A DNA stretch of 24,000 nucleotides from Candidatus Geothermarchaeum rappei. GTDB lineage: Archaea > Thermoproteota > Nitrososphaeria > Geothermarchaeales > JDFR-13. Shown in pieces: positions 1 through 8,282 of the stretch. A program made the position numbers and the translations under genes. The stretch spans positions 1,559,547 to 1,583,546 of the forward strand of contig MTMB02000001.1 in assembly GCA_002011085.2 (NCBI GenBank). The letters are read 5' to 3'. A model generated the notes under the pieces. That model was given only the letters and a program-made list of their open reading frames with translations, ran no database searches and was not told where the DNA came from. The first letter of the stretch is position 1, and the number at the start of each line of letters is the position of its first letter.

Positions 1-110
1 CGGGGGTGGCATAATAAAAATATTTATTAACTAAATAAATTACCGTATATTCTACAAAATAAATAAATTATTATATCCATGCTAATTCTGTTTGCTAAAT
101 GCATAGCATA

Positions 111-869
111 TCATGTTTTCCTCTTCTTTTCTTCCTTTTCTATCATTTTTTTAATCGCTTTTGGAGACAATATCTTATATTCTAGATTTAACGATCTGAG
201 TATATCAATTGCCTTTTCATCTATTGAGGGGCCAACGATTATACCTCTAATATCTGGATTATTCTCCCTCAATTCTTTTACATATCTGTAGAGCTGCAAA
301 GCCTCACGCTCTCCAATTCTATGTTTTTTCAATTCAATTACAACGTAGTTTCCATTTTTGTCTCTAGCAAAAATATCTATTTTACCACTCCTAATCTCCT
401 TCTCTTTTATTACAGGCCGCAGTCCCTCTTCAATTATAGTGAGGTTTCTCAGTAGAAGAGACTGCATCTCCTTCTCGGTTAGATACATCGAGAATTCCCC
501 AGCATCAACCAATTTAGCTGTAAGTACCAGATATGTCTTTATTAATTTTATCCGAACCCTTTCTCTCGGCTTATCCCTAATAGCAAACAAATATACACTA
601 TCATTTCTCTTATCCAGTATTACCTCTGTGTTTGACGGTTGCCAATTTACTGGCTTATACCCATTGGGCCTATGAATAAGAACAGCCCTATCTTCTTTAA
701 CTACGATGATCCTGTCACCAGGTTCTAAATAGGATTTCGATCTTCCTTCATAAAATACCTCGCAATTAGCCAGTATCATAATTACCTTCTTCCTCCTAAG
801 CGCTTCGTAAAATACATTCTTAAGAGTATCATACTCTGGATCCAGATATGATACTACATTCCCCTTCAT
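111..869 (-). CDS. nucS: Endonuclease NucS/EndoMS (mismatch-specific, RecB-like nuclease fold)
   Basis: 252-aa ORF of typical NucS length and two-domain layout. The C-terminal half carries a PD-(D/E)xK-like motif (IDIFARD...YVVIELKK). A TATA-like ATTATAGAA lies ~25 nt upstream of the ATG on the minus strand, consistent with a leaderless transcript. Confidence 0.8.
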   Translation of the reverse strand: MKGNVVSYLDPEYDTLKNVFYEALRRKKVIMILANCEVFYEGRSKSYLEPGDRIIVVKEDRAVLIHRPNGYKPVNWQPSNTEVILDKRNDSVYLFAIRDKPRERVRIKLIKTYLVLTAKLVDAGEFSMYLTEKEMQSLLLRNLTIIEEGLRPVIKEKEIRSGKIDIFARDKNGNYVVIELKKHRIGEREALQLYRYVKELRENNPDIRGIIVGPSIDEKAIDILRSLNLEYKILSPKAIKKMIEKEEKKRKT

Positions 870-976
870 GAGGTTTCACTAAAAATTCTATAATACCCTG
901 GATTGCTAAAAATAATGTGAATTCACTTGGCATTATGCAATAGAATGGAAAAAGAGGATCGTAATCCCTCTAATAG

Positions 977-1049
977 AGCCCCGGGAGGGATTCGAACCCT
1001 CGACCTGCGGCTTACAAGGCCGCCGCTCTAACCGCTGAGCTACCGGGGC
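977..1049 (-). tRNA. tRNA-Thr (anticodon TGT), no intron, CCA not encoded
   Basis: The reverse complement folds by hand as GCCCCGG TA GCTC AGCGGTTA GAGC G GCGGC CTTGTAA GCCGC AGGTC GAGGG TTCGAAT CCCTC CCGGGGC T. The acceptor stem has 7 bp, U33 is present, and the anticodon is TGT. Confidence 0.9.
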
Positions 1050-1122
1050 ACCTAAATTCTATCTATTAATCTGTATTATTAAAAAAATGTGGTTTATAAA
1101 TTAAATTTATTAGTGGAGTTGC

Positions 1123-2049
1123 ATGAAGAAGCTCGTTTCTGAGGATGACATAATTTCCCTTTTTAGATTAATGTTTAAAGATAAATCTTTCTTAGACGAC
1201 ATAGGCTTATTTGAATCTGATGACACTAAATTAGCTTTTAATATAGATACCTTTGTAAAAAGCAGCGATGCTCCACCAAGAATGGACTATTATTATATGG
1301 GTTGGAAAGCAGTTATCTCTACTATAAGCGACTTATATGTAAAGGGAGTCTCTCCTATTGGATTACTGATTTCAATCGGTATATCCAATGAGGATATCAG
1401 GGGGCTTAATGCCTTGTCAAAAGGTATTAAAGACGCCTCCAACAAATACAAACTACGTGTAGTAAAATGGGACACCAACTCTTCAAAAGACCTATTTTTA
1501 TCAATAGCCGCCTTCGGATATGCATCTAACAAGATACCGTGGAGGAGGAATCTGAAGGATAACGACATAATCGTAGTAAGCGATTACTTTGGATTAGAAG
1601 GCCTGGGGTTAAAAATAATGCTAGGAAAGATACAAGTCGCCTCTCCTCTATCTAAGAAGGCAATAATGCGTTTTTGTAAGCCGACGCCTGATTTTGGCAA
1701 GTACTTGTATATTGTTAAAAAAGGCGTTAATGCCTCTACCGATTCTAGCGACGGGCTTTCCAGGGCTTTATGGAACTTATCTAGATCCTCTGGCAAGAAG
1801 ATTATCCTTAACAACCTTCCCATACATCCTCTGATACAAAAATCCAGCTTACCTGAGGATATTAAGTATGAGGTTACTCTATATAGTGGCGAAGAGTATA
1901 TTGGCGTTTTTTCAGTACCTGAGGCAATATTGGAGGATGCCATGGACAAGGGCTTTATCGTTGTTGGAAAAGTTGAAGGTAAAGGCGTTGGTGTATACGA
2001 TAGTGATGGAAAGCTTATTCTTGATCGAGGCTGGTCTCACAAGATATAA
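1123..2049 (+). CDS. thiL: Thiamine-monophosphate kinase-like protein (AIR synthase/PurM-related ATP-binding family)
   Basis: 308-aa ORF. By eye it aligns to ThiL: an N-terminal DD-containing segment (LDDIGLF...NIDTFV), SDLYVKG (compare SDLAAMG), a DSSDGL motif, and SGEEY (compare GGEDYEL). Confidence 0.6.
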   Translation: MKKLVSEDDIISLFRLMFKDKSFLDDIGLFESDDTKLAFNIDTFVKSSDAPPRMDYYYMGWKAVISTISDLYVKGVSPIGLLISIGISNEDIRGLNALSKGIKDASNKYKLRVVKWDTNSSKDLFLSIAAFGYASNKIPWRRNLKDNDIIVVSDYFGLEGLGLKIMLGKIQVASPLSKKAIMRFCKPTPDFGKYLYIVKKGVNASTDSSDGLSRALWNLSRSSGKKIILNNLPIHPLIQKSSLPEDIKYEVTLYSGEEYIGVFSVPEAILEDAMDKGFIVVGKVEGKGVGVYDSDGKLILDRGWSHKI

Positions 2050-2060
2050 AATACCTAGTA

Positions 2061-3434
2061 CTACACATATTTCTTTACTATTTTTTTCGCTTCCTCGACT
2101 ATCCTATATGCCTCCTCCTCTGATGGCGCTTCACTAAATATCCTTATAATAGGCTCTGTCCCACTAGGCCTAACTAACAACCATCTATCTATGTCATAAT
2201 ATATCTTAACCCCATCAGTTCTATCAATATCATACGCATCTTTACCCAGCTTTTCCTCTACCTCCGTTAATATCGTATCAATATCTCCTCGGCTAACAAT
2301 CCTAACTTTATCTTTAAGCTGATGTAGCTTAGGCACAATACTCATTATCTCAGACAATGGCCTTTCGTAGAAGGTAACTATATTCATGACAAAAACCGTT
2401 GTTATCCCCCCATCTCTAGTATAGACGTGGGGTCCATATATTATCCCACCGTTTTCTTCAAACCCAAGAATAGAGTCTCTCCTTCTCATTTCCCTAACAA
2501 TGTTTTTCGCTCCTACCCTTGTTCTAATAACCTTTATACCTATGGGCTCAAGTATCATATCTACAAGAGACGATGATGTTACAGGGGTCACTACACTATC
2601 GACCCTATATCCATTATCCTTCAAATATTTAGCTATTACAGTGCCTAATGCGTCTCCCCACCACACATTCCCTCTCTCATCGACAACCAAAGCTCTATCA
2701 CCATCCCCATCGAATCCTACCCCAAAACCCGACTTGGTTTCTACAACCATCTGTCTTAAATCTCTAAGGTTGTCTGGCTTAGGCTCCGAAGGCCTATTTG
2801 GGAACCTGCCATCCAAGTCGTAATTCAAGTTAATGATATCTACTTGTTTCTCCAATTTATTTAGAAATAACGGGATTGTTATCGCAGATACACAGTTCGC
2901 ATAGTCAAACACAATTTTAAATCTATTCTTCTTTGTCTCTGGTATCAAGTGTTCGAAGAGCTTCTCTGCGTAATAAGAAGGAACTTCTTTGTTTTCAAAC
3001 ACTTCCCCAACTAAATCCCACCTTACAATATTAAATTCTTTTTTCTCAAGAACCCTTTGAATCCGGTCCTCAACCTCGATATCCTCCTCTAATCCATCGC
3101 TACCTATCAATTTAATACCATTATATTCTGGGGGATTATGACTTGCAGTTATGATGAGCCCAAAATCATACTTCTTATGATCCTGGATATACTTCTGTAA
3201 TGCAGGAGTTGATACCAGACCCGCTTTCTCAACCTTAACACCAGAAGATAGCAAGCCTCCTATGGCAATTGATACAATCGCATGGCTTGATAGTCTACAG
3301 TCCCATCCAACTATGGCCTTCGACCCCACTCCATAATATGTTCCAATAGCTAGCCCTATCTCTAGGATCCTCTCTGGTGTTAAATCCTCTCCAAAAACTC
3401 CCCTGATCCCAGACGTCCCAAACAACCGTTTCAT
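2061..3434 (-). CDS. alpha-D-phosphohexomutase (phosphoglucosamine mutase / phosphomanno-/phosphoglucomutase)
   Basis: 457-aa ORF carrying all four family motifs: GTSGIRG at the N-terminus, the active-site Ser loop TASHNPPEYNG, the metal loop FDGDGDR, the sugar loop GFEENGG, and the phosphate loop RPSGTEP. Substrate specificity cannot be assigned from sequence alone. Confidence 0.85.
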   Translation of the reverse strand: MKRLFGTSGIRGVFGEDLTPERILEIGLAIGTYYGVGSKAIVGWDCRLSSHAIVSIAIGGLLSSGVKVEKAGLVSTPALQKYIQDHKKYDFGLIITASHNPPEYNGIKLIGSDGLEEDIEVEDRIQRVLEKKEFNIVRWDLVGEVFENKEVPSYYAEKLFEHLIPETKKNRFKIVFDYANCVSAITIPLFLNKLEKQVDIINLNYDLDGRFPNRPSEPKPDNLRDLRQMVVETKSGFGVGFDGDGDRALVVDERGNVWWGDALGTVIAKYLKDNGYRVDSVVTPVTSSSLVDMILEPIGIKVIRTRVGAKNIVREMRRRDSILGFEENGGIIYGPHVYTRDGGITTVFVMNIVTFYERPLSEIMSIVPKLHQLKDKVRIVSRGDIDTILTEVEEKLGKDAYDIDRTDGVKIYYDIDRWLLVRPSGTEPIIRIFSEAPSEEEAYRIVEEAKKIVKKYV

Positions 3435-3644
3435 AGTATCCCCCTTTGAACTTCCTTTTCAAGAATACCAAAAAATAGAATGCATCCCATTACAAAATTA
3501 AATTATCGCTATTCCTCATTAATGTGAAGACTCATTCTTCACCTTGAGTTATAATTAAATCTAGTTATATCAGTAGGTGACATTTTAATTATAAAATAAC
3601 ACCTTACCTACTACGTTATATGGAATAAAGCTTAATTTTGCTAT

Positions 3645-3722
3645 GGCCCCGTAGCCTAGCCTGGATAGGGCGCCGGCCTTCGGAGCCGGCGGTCCGGGGT
3701 TCAAATCCCCGCGGGGTCACCA
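3645..3722 (+). tRNA. tRNA-Arg (anticodon TCG), no intron, 3' CCA encoded
   Basis: Hand fold: GGCCCCG TA GCCT AGCCTGGAT AGGG C G CCGGC CTTCGGA GCCGG CGGTC CGGGG TTCAAAT CCCCG CGGGGTC A CCA. A TATA-like TTATAT lies ~27 nt upstream. Confidence 0.9.
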
Positions 3723-3942
3723 TTATACAGCTAAAAGAAAATGACTAGTAAATACAATATTCTTCTAAATATGTATATCGCCTTATTTACTTTACCCTTA
3801 TTCACCTCTAGACATTCCCAATTTGGTAAGAATAACATTGATTAAAAATATCGAAAATTATCCTCTTGGTGTGGTCGCTTGAAACAATTGGTACATTACA
3901 ATAATAGCGACATATTTTCTCATTTGGAAACATCTCAATCTA

Positions 3943-3953
3943 ACTATAAAAAA
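3943..3953 (+). promoter_or_regulatory. Candidate TATA box for the ccm operon, with a Shine-Dalgarno-like AGGGGGTG at 3999-4006
   Basis: ACTATAAAAAA lies ~60 nt upstream of the ccmF ATG. The SD-like AGGGGGTG sits 6 nt before the ATG at 4013. This is motif-only evidence. Confidence 0.3.
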
Positions 3954-4012
3954 CCATCCTCATGTCTCTTATCACTAAATTCTATTCTCCTTACCCTTAG
4001 GGGGTGTGCATT

Positions 4013-5932
4013 ATGAATTTCCACATCTCTGGATTCCCGCTGGTTATATCCGTGTTTTTACTAGGATATTCAGCAATAGACTATAACAGGGCAAAAAAGT
4101 ATAATCTTGATATTGCTGGGCCAATATTAGTAGTGCTTTCATGGATATTATTTGTATGGTCCTTTATCGCAGATGATTTTAATTTGCTGGCAGTTTATGG
4201 TTACTCAACAGTTGAAATGCCTTTCTGGCTGAAGATCGCTTCAAGTTGGGCTGGCATGGCTGGATCTTTTGTATTATGGGCGTTTCTAATGGCTTTGATA
4301 ACTTTAATGTACGTGTTCTATGTAGAGAAAAAGCATCTCAATGAAAATAATGTAATCAGGGCATATCTACTAGCTACACTGGTCGTCTCTATATTAGCTG
4401 TGAAAACGGGCGCGTTTGATATGGCAGACGTAAGTTTTAGGCTACCCGCTGGAATGGGTTTAAATCCATTACTTAGGTCATTCTGGATATTGATACATCC
4501 AATTTTCACCTTTTTAGGCTATTCGTTTGGCATCGCACTCGCATTATTCGTCTTATTATCAAATTCCAAAGACTTTTTCTGGGAACGATTAATAGCAAGT
4601 CTAGCATGGCTAAATCTATCTATAGGGATAATTGCGGGAGCGGTCTGGGCTTATGTGGTCCTTGGATGGGGTGGATACTGGGCATGGGACCCAGTTGAGA
4701 CAGCGGAACTTGTTCCTTGGCTTACTCTAACAGCGTATTTTCACTCTCTTCCTTCTACTGGAGATGGTGGGCGTCGTTTAACAGCAGCCCTAACCGGGTT
4801 TTACACGTTTTACTCATCTTTTATGACAAAGGCTGGGGCACAATTTACTGCATCAGTCCATACATTTGAATGGACCCCTTCTGCTGTGACATTAATAATA
4901 ATACATTTCATAGCTGGTGGTTTAATTCTGGCATTATACCTATGGAAACCAGGAAAATTTAACTGGAATGTTAAACTGAATAGTGTTACGAACACCTCCT
5001 TCTCAATAGCGTGGTGGTCGTTATTAGGTCTATCACTTGTATCATTCTTAGGAATTTTCACCCCAATTGTATATTATGTAGTCAAAGGCGGTTTAATTAG
5101 TATTGGAATGGAATATTTCAACATATATAGCTTTCCATTAACCTACCTCTTTCTCATCGCACTAGTTGGATGTGCTTTAAGAGACTGGATCAATGCAAAA
5201 CAATATGTTTCTATCTCCATAAGCATTTTCTTAGCAAGCGTCGTATTTACTGTAGCTAGTTTTCCAACGAATAATTGGATGGCAAACATGCTGGTCCCTA
5301 TTACGACAGCGACACTCCTTGCAACATTATACAGATTATCATCAGATTTTACAAGCAAATATGTTAGGAGTATAACTATCTCTACCCTACACCTTGCAAT
5401 AGCAATAATTCTACTTGGAGTAGCATTAAACTCAACACTATCAACGGGAGCTGTATACAAACTAGAGTTAGGGAAGCCGGTAGACACCCCGTATGGCGTA
5501 TCTGTACAATATGATGGCTTCAATATTAGAATATCAGACTGGAATGTCTTTTACAGTGGCCATCTCATACCAGAAGGAGCATATGGAGACTTCAAATTCA
5601 AAATAACTGATAATGGTAAGACACACAATATTATTCTCCCGGTATGGGTTCCATTTACTTACGGGTGTGGCAGTGAACCAGGAATGATTTCTAAAGGTTT
5701 AGATGACATATATGTCTCAATAGTTCATGCAGATTTCCATAATAGATTAAAGCCAATTATCACAAACAACGCTTTCTATGGTGCTGATGAAGCGGTGGAT
5801 TATATTATCATCGAGGTAAAATACAATCCCCTAATCTGGCTTGTGTGGCTAGGTACAGCCATCCTCATCCTCGGTGAGGCCATGGCCATAGGAACCCTAT
5901 TTGTATCTCGCTGGAGGAGGTCGGTTGTATGA
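4013..5932 (+). CDS. ccmF: Cytochrome c-type biogenesis protein CcmF (System I heme lyase component)
   Basis: Large polytopic membrane ORF with the WWD signature WGGYWAWDPVETAELVPW. Four conserved His positions are found by eye alignment to E. coli CcmF: ILIHPIF, AYFHSL, ASVHTFE, TLHLAIA. It also has the C-terminal periplasmic domain plus final TM (YNPLIWLVWLGTAILILG). The ATG at 4013 is preferred over the track's GTG at 4004 because of the SD spacing. Confidence 0.9.
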   Translation: MNFHISGFPLVISVFLLGYSAIDYNRAKKYNLDIAGPILVVLSWILFVWSFIADDFNLLAVYGYSTVEMPFWLKIASSWAGMAGSFVLWAFLMALITLMYVFYVEKKHLNENNVIRAYLLATLVVSILAVKTGAFDMADVSFRLPAGMGLNPLLRSFWILIHPIFTFLGYSFGIALALFVLLSNSKDFFWERLIASLAWLNLSIGIIAGAVWAYVVLGWGGYWAWDPVETAELVPWLTLTAYFHSLPSTGDGGRRLTAALTGFYTFYSSFMTKAGAQFTASVHTFEWTPSAVTLIIIHFIAGGLILALYLWKPGKFNWNVKLNSVTNTSFSIAWWSLLGLSLVSFLGIFTPIVYYVVKGGLISIGMEYFNIYSFPLTYLFLIALVGCALRDWINAKQYVSISISIFLASVVFTVASFPTNNWMANMLVPITTATLLATLYRLSSDFTSKYVRSITISTLHLAIAIILLGVALNSTLSTGAVYKLELGKPVDTPYGVSVQYDGFNIRISDWNVFYSGHLIPEGAYGDFKFKITDNGKTHNIILPVWVPFTYGCGSEPGMISKGLDDIYVSIVHADFHNRLKPIITNNAFYGADEAVDYIIIEVKYNPLIWLVWLGTAILILGEAMAIGTLFVSRWRRSVV

Positions 5933-6495
5933 GCACAAGAATCAAACCTAAACCTAATCAAATCGGTATGCTTCTAGTAATAATCGTGATTATCGGTAGT
6001 ATAGTGGGAATCATATATTATTTTGGTGAGACCGATCAAAACATGCCTGTACCTCCCCAAGATACAGCGGGACAAACTCAGCAATCAGTAGAAGAAGAGC
6101 GTGCAAGAGTAGTATCTGCTCTGAAAGATTTTTTATCATCTCCTCCTCCAACCGACCCGGCTCTAAACAGGTTTTATAATGTCTTGAACTCTACTACACC
6201 AAGTATAGTTCTCTTATGGCCTTCATCCTGCTCATCATGTTCAAGTTATAAGTCATCAGTATGGGATGTTGTAAAGAAGAAGTTTAATAACGCAACCTTT
6301 ATAGATTTCGACATAGATTCTGCTGAGGGAAGCGGGGTCGCATCAAGATTTAACATATCAGGAATAACTATAATTTTCGCGTATAAAGGCACGATATATG
6401 GCCTATCTTACGGTGATCACATTCCATCTGAATATCTAGAATATATGGTGAGGCTTCTGACCATTCATGTTCAAGGAGGTGGGGAAAGTGCGTAA
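5929..6495 (+). CDS. Membrane-anchored thioredoxin-fold protein with a CSSC motif (possible CcmG-like thiol-disulfide oxidoreductase)
   Basis: 188-aa ORF whose start overlaps the ccmF stop (ATGA). It has an N-terminal TM helix (MLLVIIVIIGSIVGIIYYF) and a Pro-rich linker. The C-terminal ~100 aa have a thioredoxin-like pattern, VLLWPSSCSSCSSYK...FIDFDID...ITIIFAYKG. Its position between ccmF and ccmC matches where ccmG normally sits. Confidence 0.55.
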   Translation: MSTRIKPKPNQIGMLLVIIVIIGSIVGIIYYFGETDQNMPVPPQDTAGQTQQSVEEERARVVSALKDFLSSPPPTDPALNRFYNVLNSTTPSIVLLWPSSCSSCSSYKSSVWDVVKKKFNNATFIDFDIDSAEGSGVASRFNISGITIIFAYKGTIYGLSYGDHIPSEYLEYMVRLLTIHVQGGGESA

Positions 6496-7132
6496 TAAAT
6501 TACTTGTTTTTGGATTACTGACAAATATAGTTGTACATTTCTATATATTCTCATATCTTCCACCTGAGCAAACACTTGGAGAGCTATACAAAATAATATA
6601 TGTACACGTGCCTCCAGCGTGGGTATCTTATGTAGCATTCACAATTTCCTTGATCGCCAGCATTCTATATATTCTTCGGGGTGATGGCAAATACGATTTG
6701 ATTTCCTTTTCGTCAGTTAGCCTTGGTGTGGTATTCTCAGGCTTAGCTATAGTGATTGGAATGATTTTCTCAAATAAAGCGTGGGGAACATATTGGGAAT
6801 GGAGAGAACCCCGGCTTACCGCTACACTAATCCTCTTTCTAGCCTATTTAGGGTATCTCGTTTTAAGAGCATCAATAGAGGATCTTGATAAAAAGAGATC
6901 GGTTTCCTCTGTATATTCTATAATGGCTTTTGTGACCATACCATTAAGTTATGTTTCAACTAAAATTTTCAGGTCAATTCATCCATTACCAGAATTGTCT
7001 CCAGAGATGCGCCTCTTTCTCTATATATCATTTCTAGTGAATTTAGTAATCTTTTCTTCTCTTCTAAGTAACCTGTACACCAAGTTCAAAATTAGGGAAG
7101 AAACGTTGCTAGGAGGTGATGAATATGATTGA
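6467..7132 (+). CDS. ccmC: Heme exporter/heme-handling protein CcmC
   Basis: Polytopic membrane ORF with the CcmC-type WWD motif WGTYWEWREPRLTATL, flanked by the two conserved His (IIYVHVPPAW and FRSIHPLPE). The alternative start GTG 6488 is preceded by GGAGGTG (6475-6481) and may be the true start. Confidence 0.85.
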   Translation: MFKEVGKVRNKLLVFGLLTNIVVHFYIFSYLPPEQTLGELYKIIYVHVPPAWVSYVAFTISLIASILYILRGDGKYDLISFSSVSLGVVFSGLAIVIGMIFSNKAWGTYWEWREPRLTATLILFLAYLGYLVLRASIEDLDKKRSVSSVYSIMAFVTIPLSYVSTKIFRSIHPLPELSPEMRLFLYISFLVNLVIFSSLLSNLYTKFKIREETLLGGDEYD

Positions 7133-7235
7133 GGTATATATTTCATATGTAATTTATTGGATCTCTCTGTTTATAGTTGTCGTATATTCGGTTAGTAATT
7201 CAAAGGAAGTGAGAAGTAATGAAGAGGGAATATAA
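7125..7235 (+). CDS. ccmD: CcmD-like single-TM micro-protein (36 aa: MIEVYISYVIYWISLFIVVVYSVSNSKEVRSNEEGI)
   Basis: This ORF is below the ORF-track size cut-off. Its ATG at 7125 lies 4-5 nt after a near-perfect SD, AGGAGGTGAT (7111-7120). It overlaps the ccmC stop by 8 nt and the ccmE start by 17 nt. It encodes one hydrophobic helix followed by a charged tail, and it sits in the ccmC-ccmE slot where ccmD is found in bacterial operons. Confidence 0.5.
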   Translation: MIEVYISYVIYWISLFIVVVYSVSNSKEVRSNEEGI

Positions 7236-7605
7236 AGCTCTTATAATTGGTGCTGTAGGAGGGATTATATTACTTCTCCTCGCCCTAACTATTTTAGGGT
7301 CTAACCAGTATCTAACTGTATCCGAGCTATATACAGAAAACGTGAAGAACAAGTATATTGTTGTAATGGGTAAAGTTGTAAACAAAAGTATCTCTTATTC
7401 ACCAGATCAAATTGAGTTTGTCATATATGATGAGAATTCAACCAAACACGAGTCTGTAAAAGTAGTATATGTGGGGGATAAAAACATAGATGTTTATGAT
7501 GGTGCAATAGTCGTGGTTAAGGGTCGTTTTGATGGTGAGACGATTATTGCCACCGAAGTATTGACTAAATGTCCTTCCACATATAAGCCTGCTCCAGTAG
7601 ATTAA
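7219..7605 (+). CDS. ccmE: Heme chaperone CcmE, Cys-type variant (CxxxY)
   Basis: 128-aa ORF with an N-terminal TM anchor followed by an OB-fold-like domain. The C-terminal EVLTKCPSTYKP aligns to E. coli EVLAKHDENYTP, so the heme-binding His is replaced by Cys while the Tyr is retained. Confidence 0.85.
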   Translation: MKREYKALIIGAVGGIILLLLALTILGSNQYLTVSELYTENVKNKYIVVMGKVVNKSISYSPDQIEFVIYDENSTKHESVKVVYVGDKNIDVYDGAIVVVKGRFDGETIIATEVLTKCPSTYKPAPVD

Positions 7606-7628
7606 GAACTCTAATTAGGGCGTAGATC

Positions 7629-8282
7629 ATGCAATACAGCATTACAGTAAGAAACATATGGAAAATGTTAGGATATAAATGGATTCTCAAAGATGTCTCA
7701 CTAGACATTCCATCAAGTTGCCTTACATACATATATGGATCTAATGGATCGGGGAAATCTACGTTTTTAAAGATATTGGGTGGTCTATGGAAACCAACTA
7801 AGGGCAAGATACATATATTGGGTTATCCGCCTACTTCACCTGTTGCAAAAAAATTAGTGGGTATCGTGGTACATGAGAACATATTGTACGATGAACTTAC
7901 TGTGATAGAGAATATCCAATTTCATTTAGGGTTCTATTCTTCATATAATGAGAGCTGGGTAAAGGAGATACTGGGTCTATTAGGTATTAATAAGGTTATA
8001 AACAAGAAGATCAGAGAACTATCTTTTGGATGGAAACGCCGTATAAATATAGCTAGAGCTTTACTCCACAGTCCTAAGATCCTTATTATTGATGAGCCGC
8101 TAACTGGATTAGATGATGCTGGCCGAGCATCTGTAAAGAGGATCATTCGCTATACCATTAATCGAGGAGGAACTGTCATTGTAGCTTCTCCGGAGATAGA
8201 TAAGGAACTCATAGAGGACATAGACCATGTTTTCTACAAGGTCTCGGGCAAAAAGATCTTCTTACAAGGTGGCTTTTTATGA
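7629..8282 (+). CDS. ccmA: ABC transporter ATP-binding protein CcmA
   Basis: 217-aa ORF with Walker A GSNGSGKST, a signature-like LSFGWKRRINIARALL (compare CcmA LSAGQQRR), and Walker B ILIIDEP. It lies in the operon directly upstream of ccmB, whose start overlaps its stop (ATGA). Confidence 0.8.
   Translation: MQYSITVRNIWKMLGYKWILKDVSLDIPSSCLTYIYGSNGSGKSTFLKILGGLWKPTKGKIHILGYPPTSPVAKKLVGIVVHENILYDELTVIENIQFHLGFYSSYNESWVKEILGLLGINKVINKKIRELSFGWKRRINIARALLHSPKILIIDEPLTGLDDAGRASVKRIIRYTINRGGTVIVASPEIDKELIEDIDHVFYKVSGKKIFLQGGFL

Noticed and set aside
1-11. G+C-rich CGGGGGTGGCA at the extreme left edge, followed by an A/T-rich run. It could be the 3' end of a plus-strand tRNA or the 5' end of a minus-strand 5S-like RNA.
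   Set aside because: Only ~10 nt are visible, which is too little to fold or assign. Neither strand gives a diagnostic motif.
358-675. Antisense or shadow ORFs in the six-frame track. Examples are 79-291, 358-675, 1293-1568, 1584-1949, 1868-2137, 2500-2823, 4318-4509, 4810-5061, 5143-5523, 7200-7385, 7565-7807, 7934-8146, 8521-8706, 9011-9290, 9908-10147, 10233-10769, 11490-11822, 13307-13549, 13876-14211, 14320-14520, 15483-15854, 15930-16142, 17550-17981, 18879-19097, 19551-19808, 20052-20297, 20653-21048, 21839-22228 and 22456-22650.
   Set aside because: Each lies inside, and mostly opposite to, a longer ORF with clear family motifs. Their translations are low-complexity (Ser/Ile/Leu/Phe-rich) with no recognisable signatures, as expected for shadow frames in A+T-rich DNA.
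917-926. A perfect 10-bp palindrome, GTGAATTCAC, in the nucS / tRNA-Thr intergenic region. There are also smaller inverted repeats at 3524-3542 (GTGAAGA..TCTTCAC) and around 16249-16262 (ATTTCG TG CGAAAT).
   Set aside because: These are short and isolated and are not repeated elsewhere in the window. Such palindromes are expected by chance in intergenic DNA, and nothing supports a regulatory role.
3741-3845. A 34-codon ORF (MTSKYNILLNMYIALFTLPLFTSRHSQFGKNNID) in the 290-nt gap upstream of ccmF.
   Set aside because: It has no ribosome-binding motif or convincing promoter spacing, and its composition is indistinguishable from A+T-rich non-coding DNA. Nothing supports it apart from being open.
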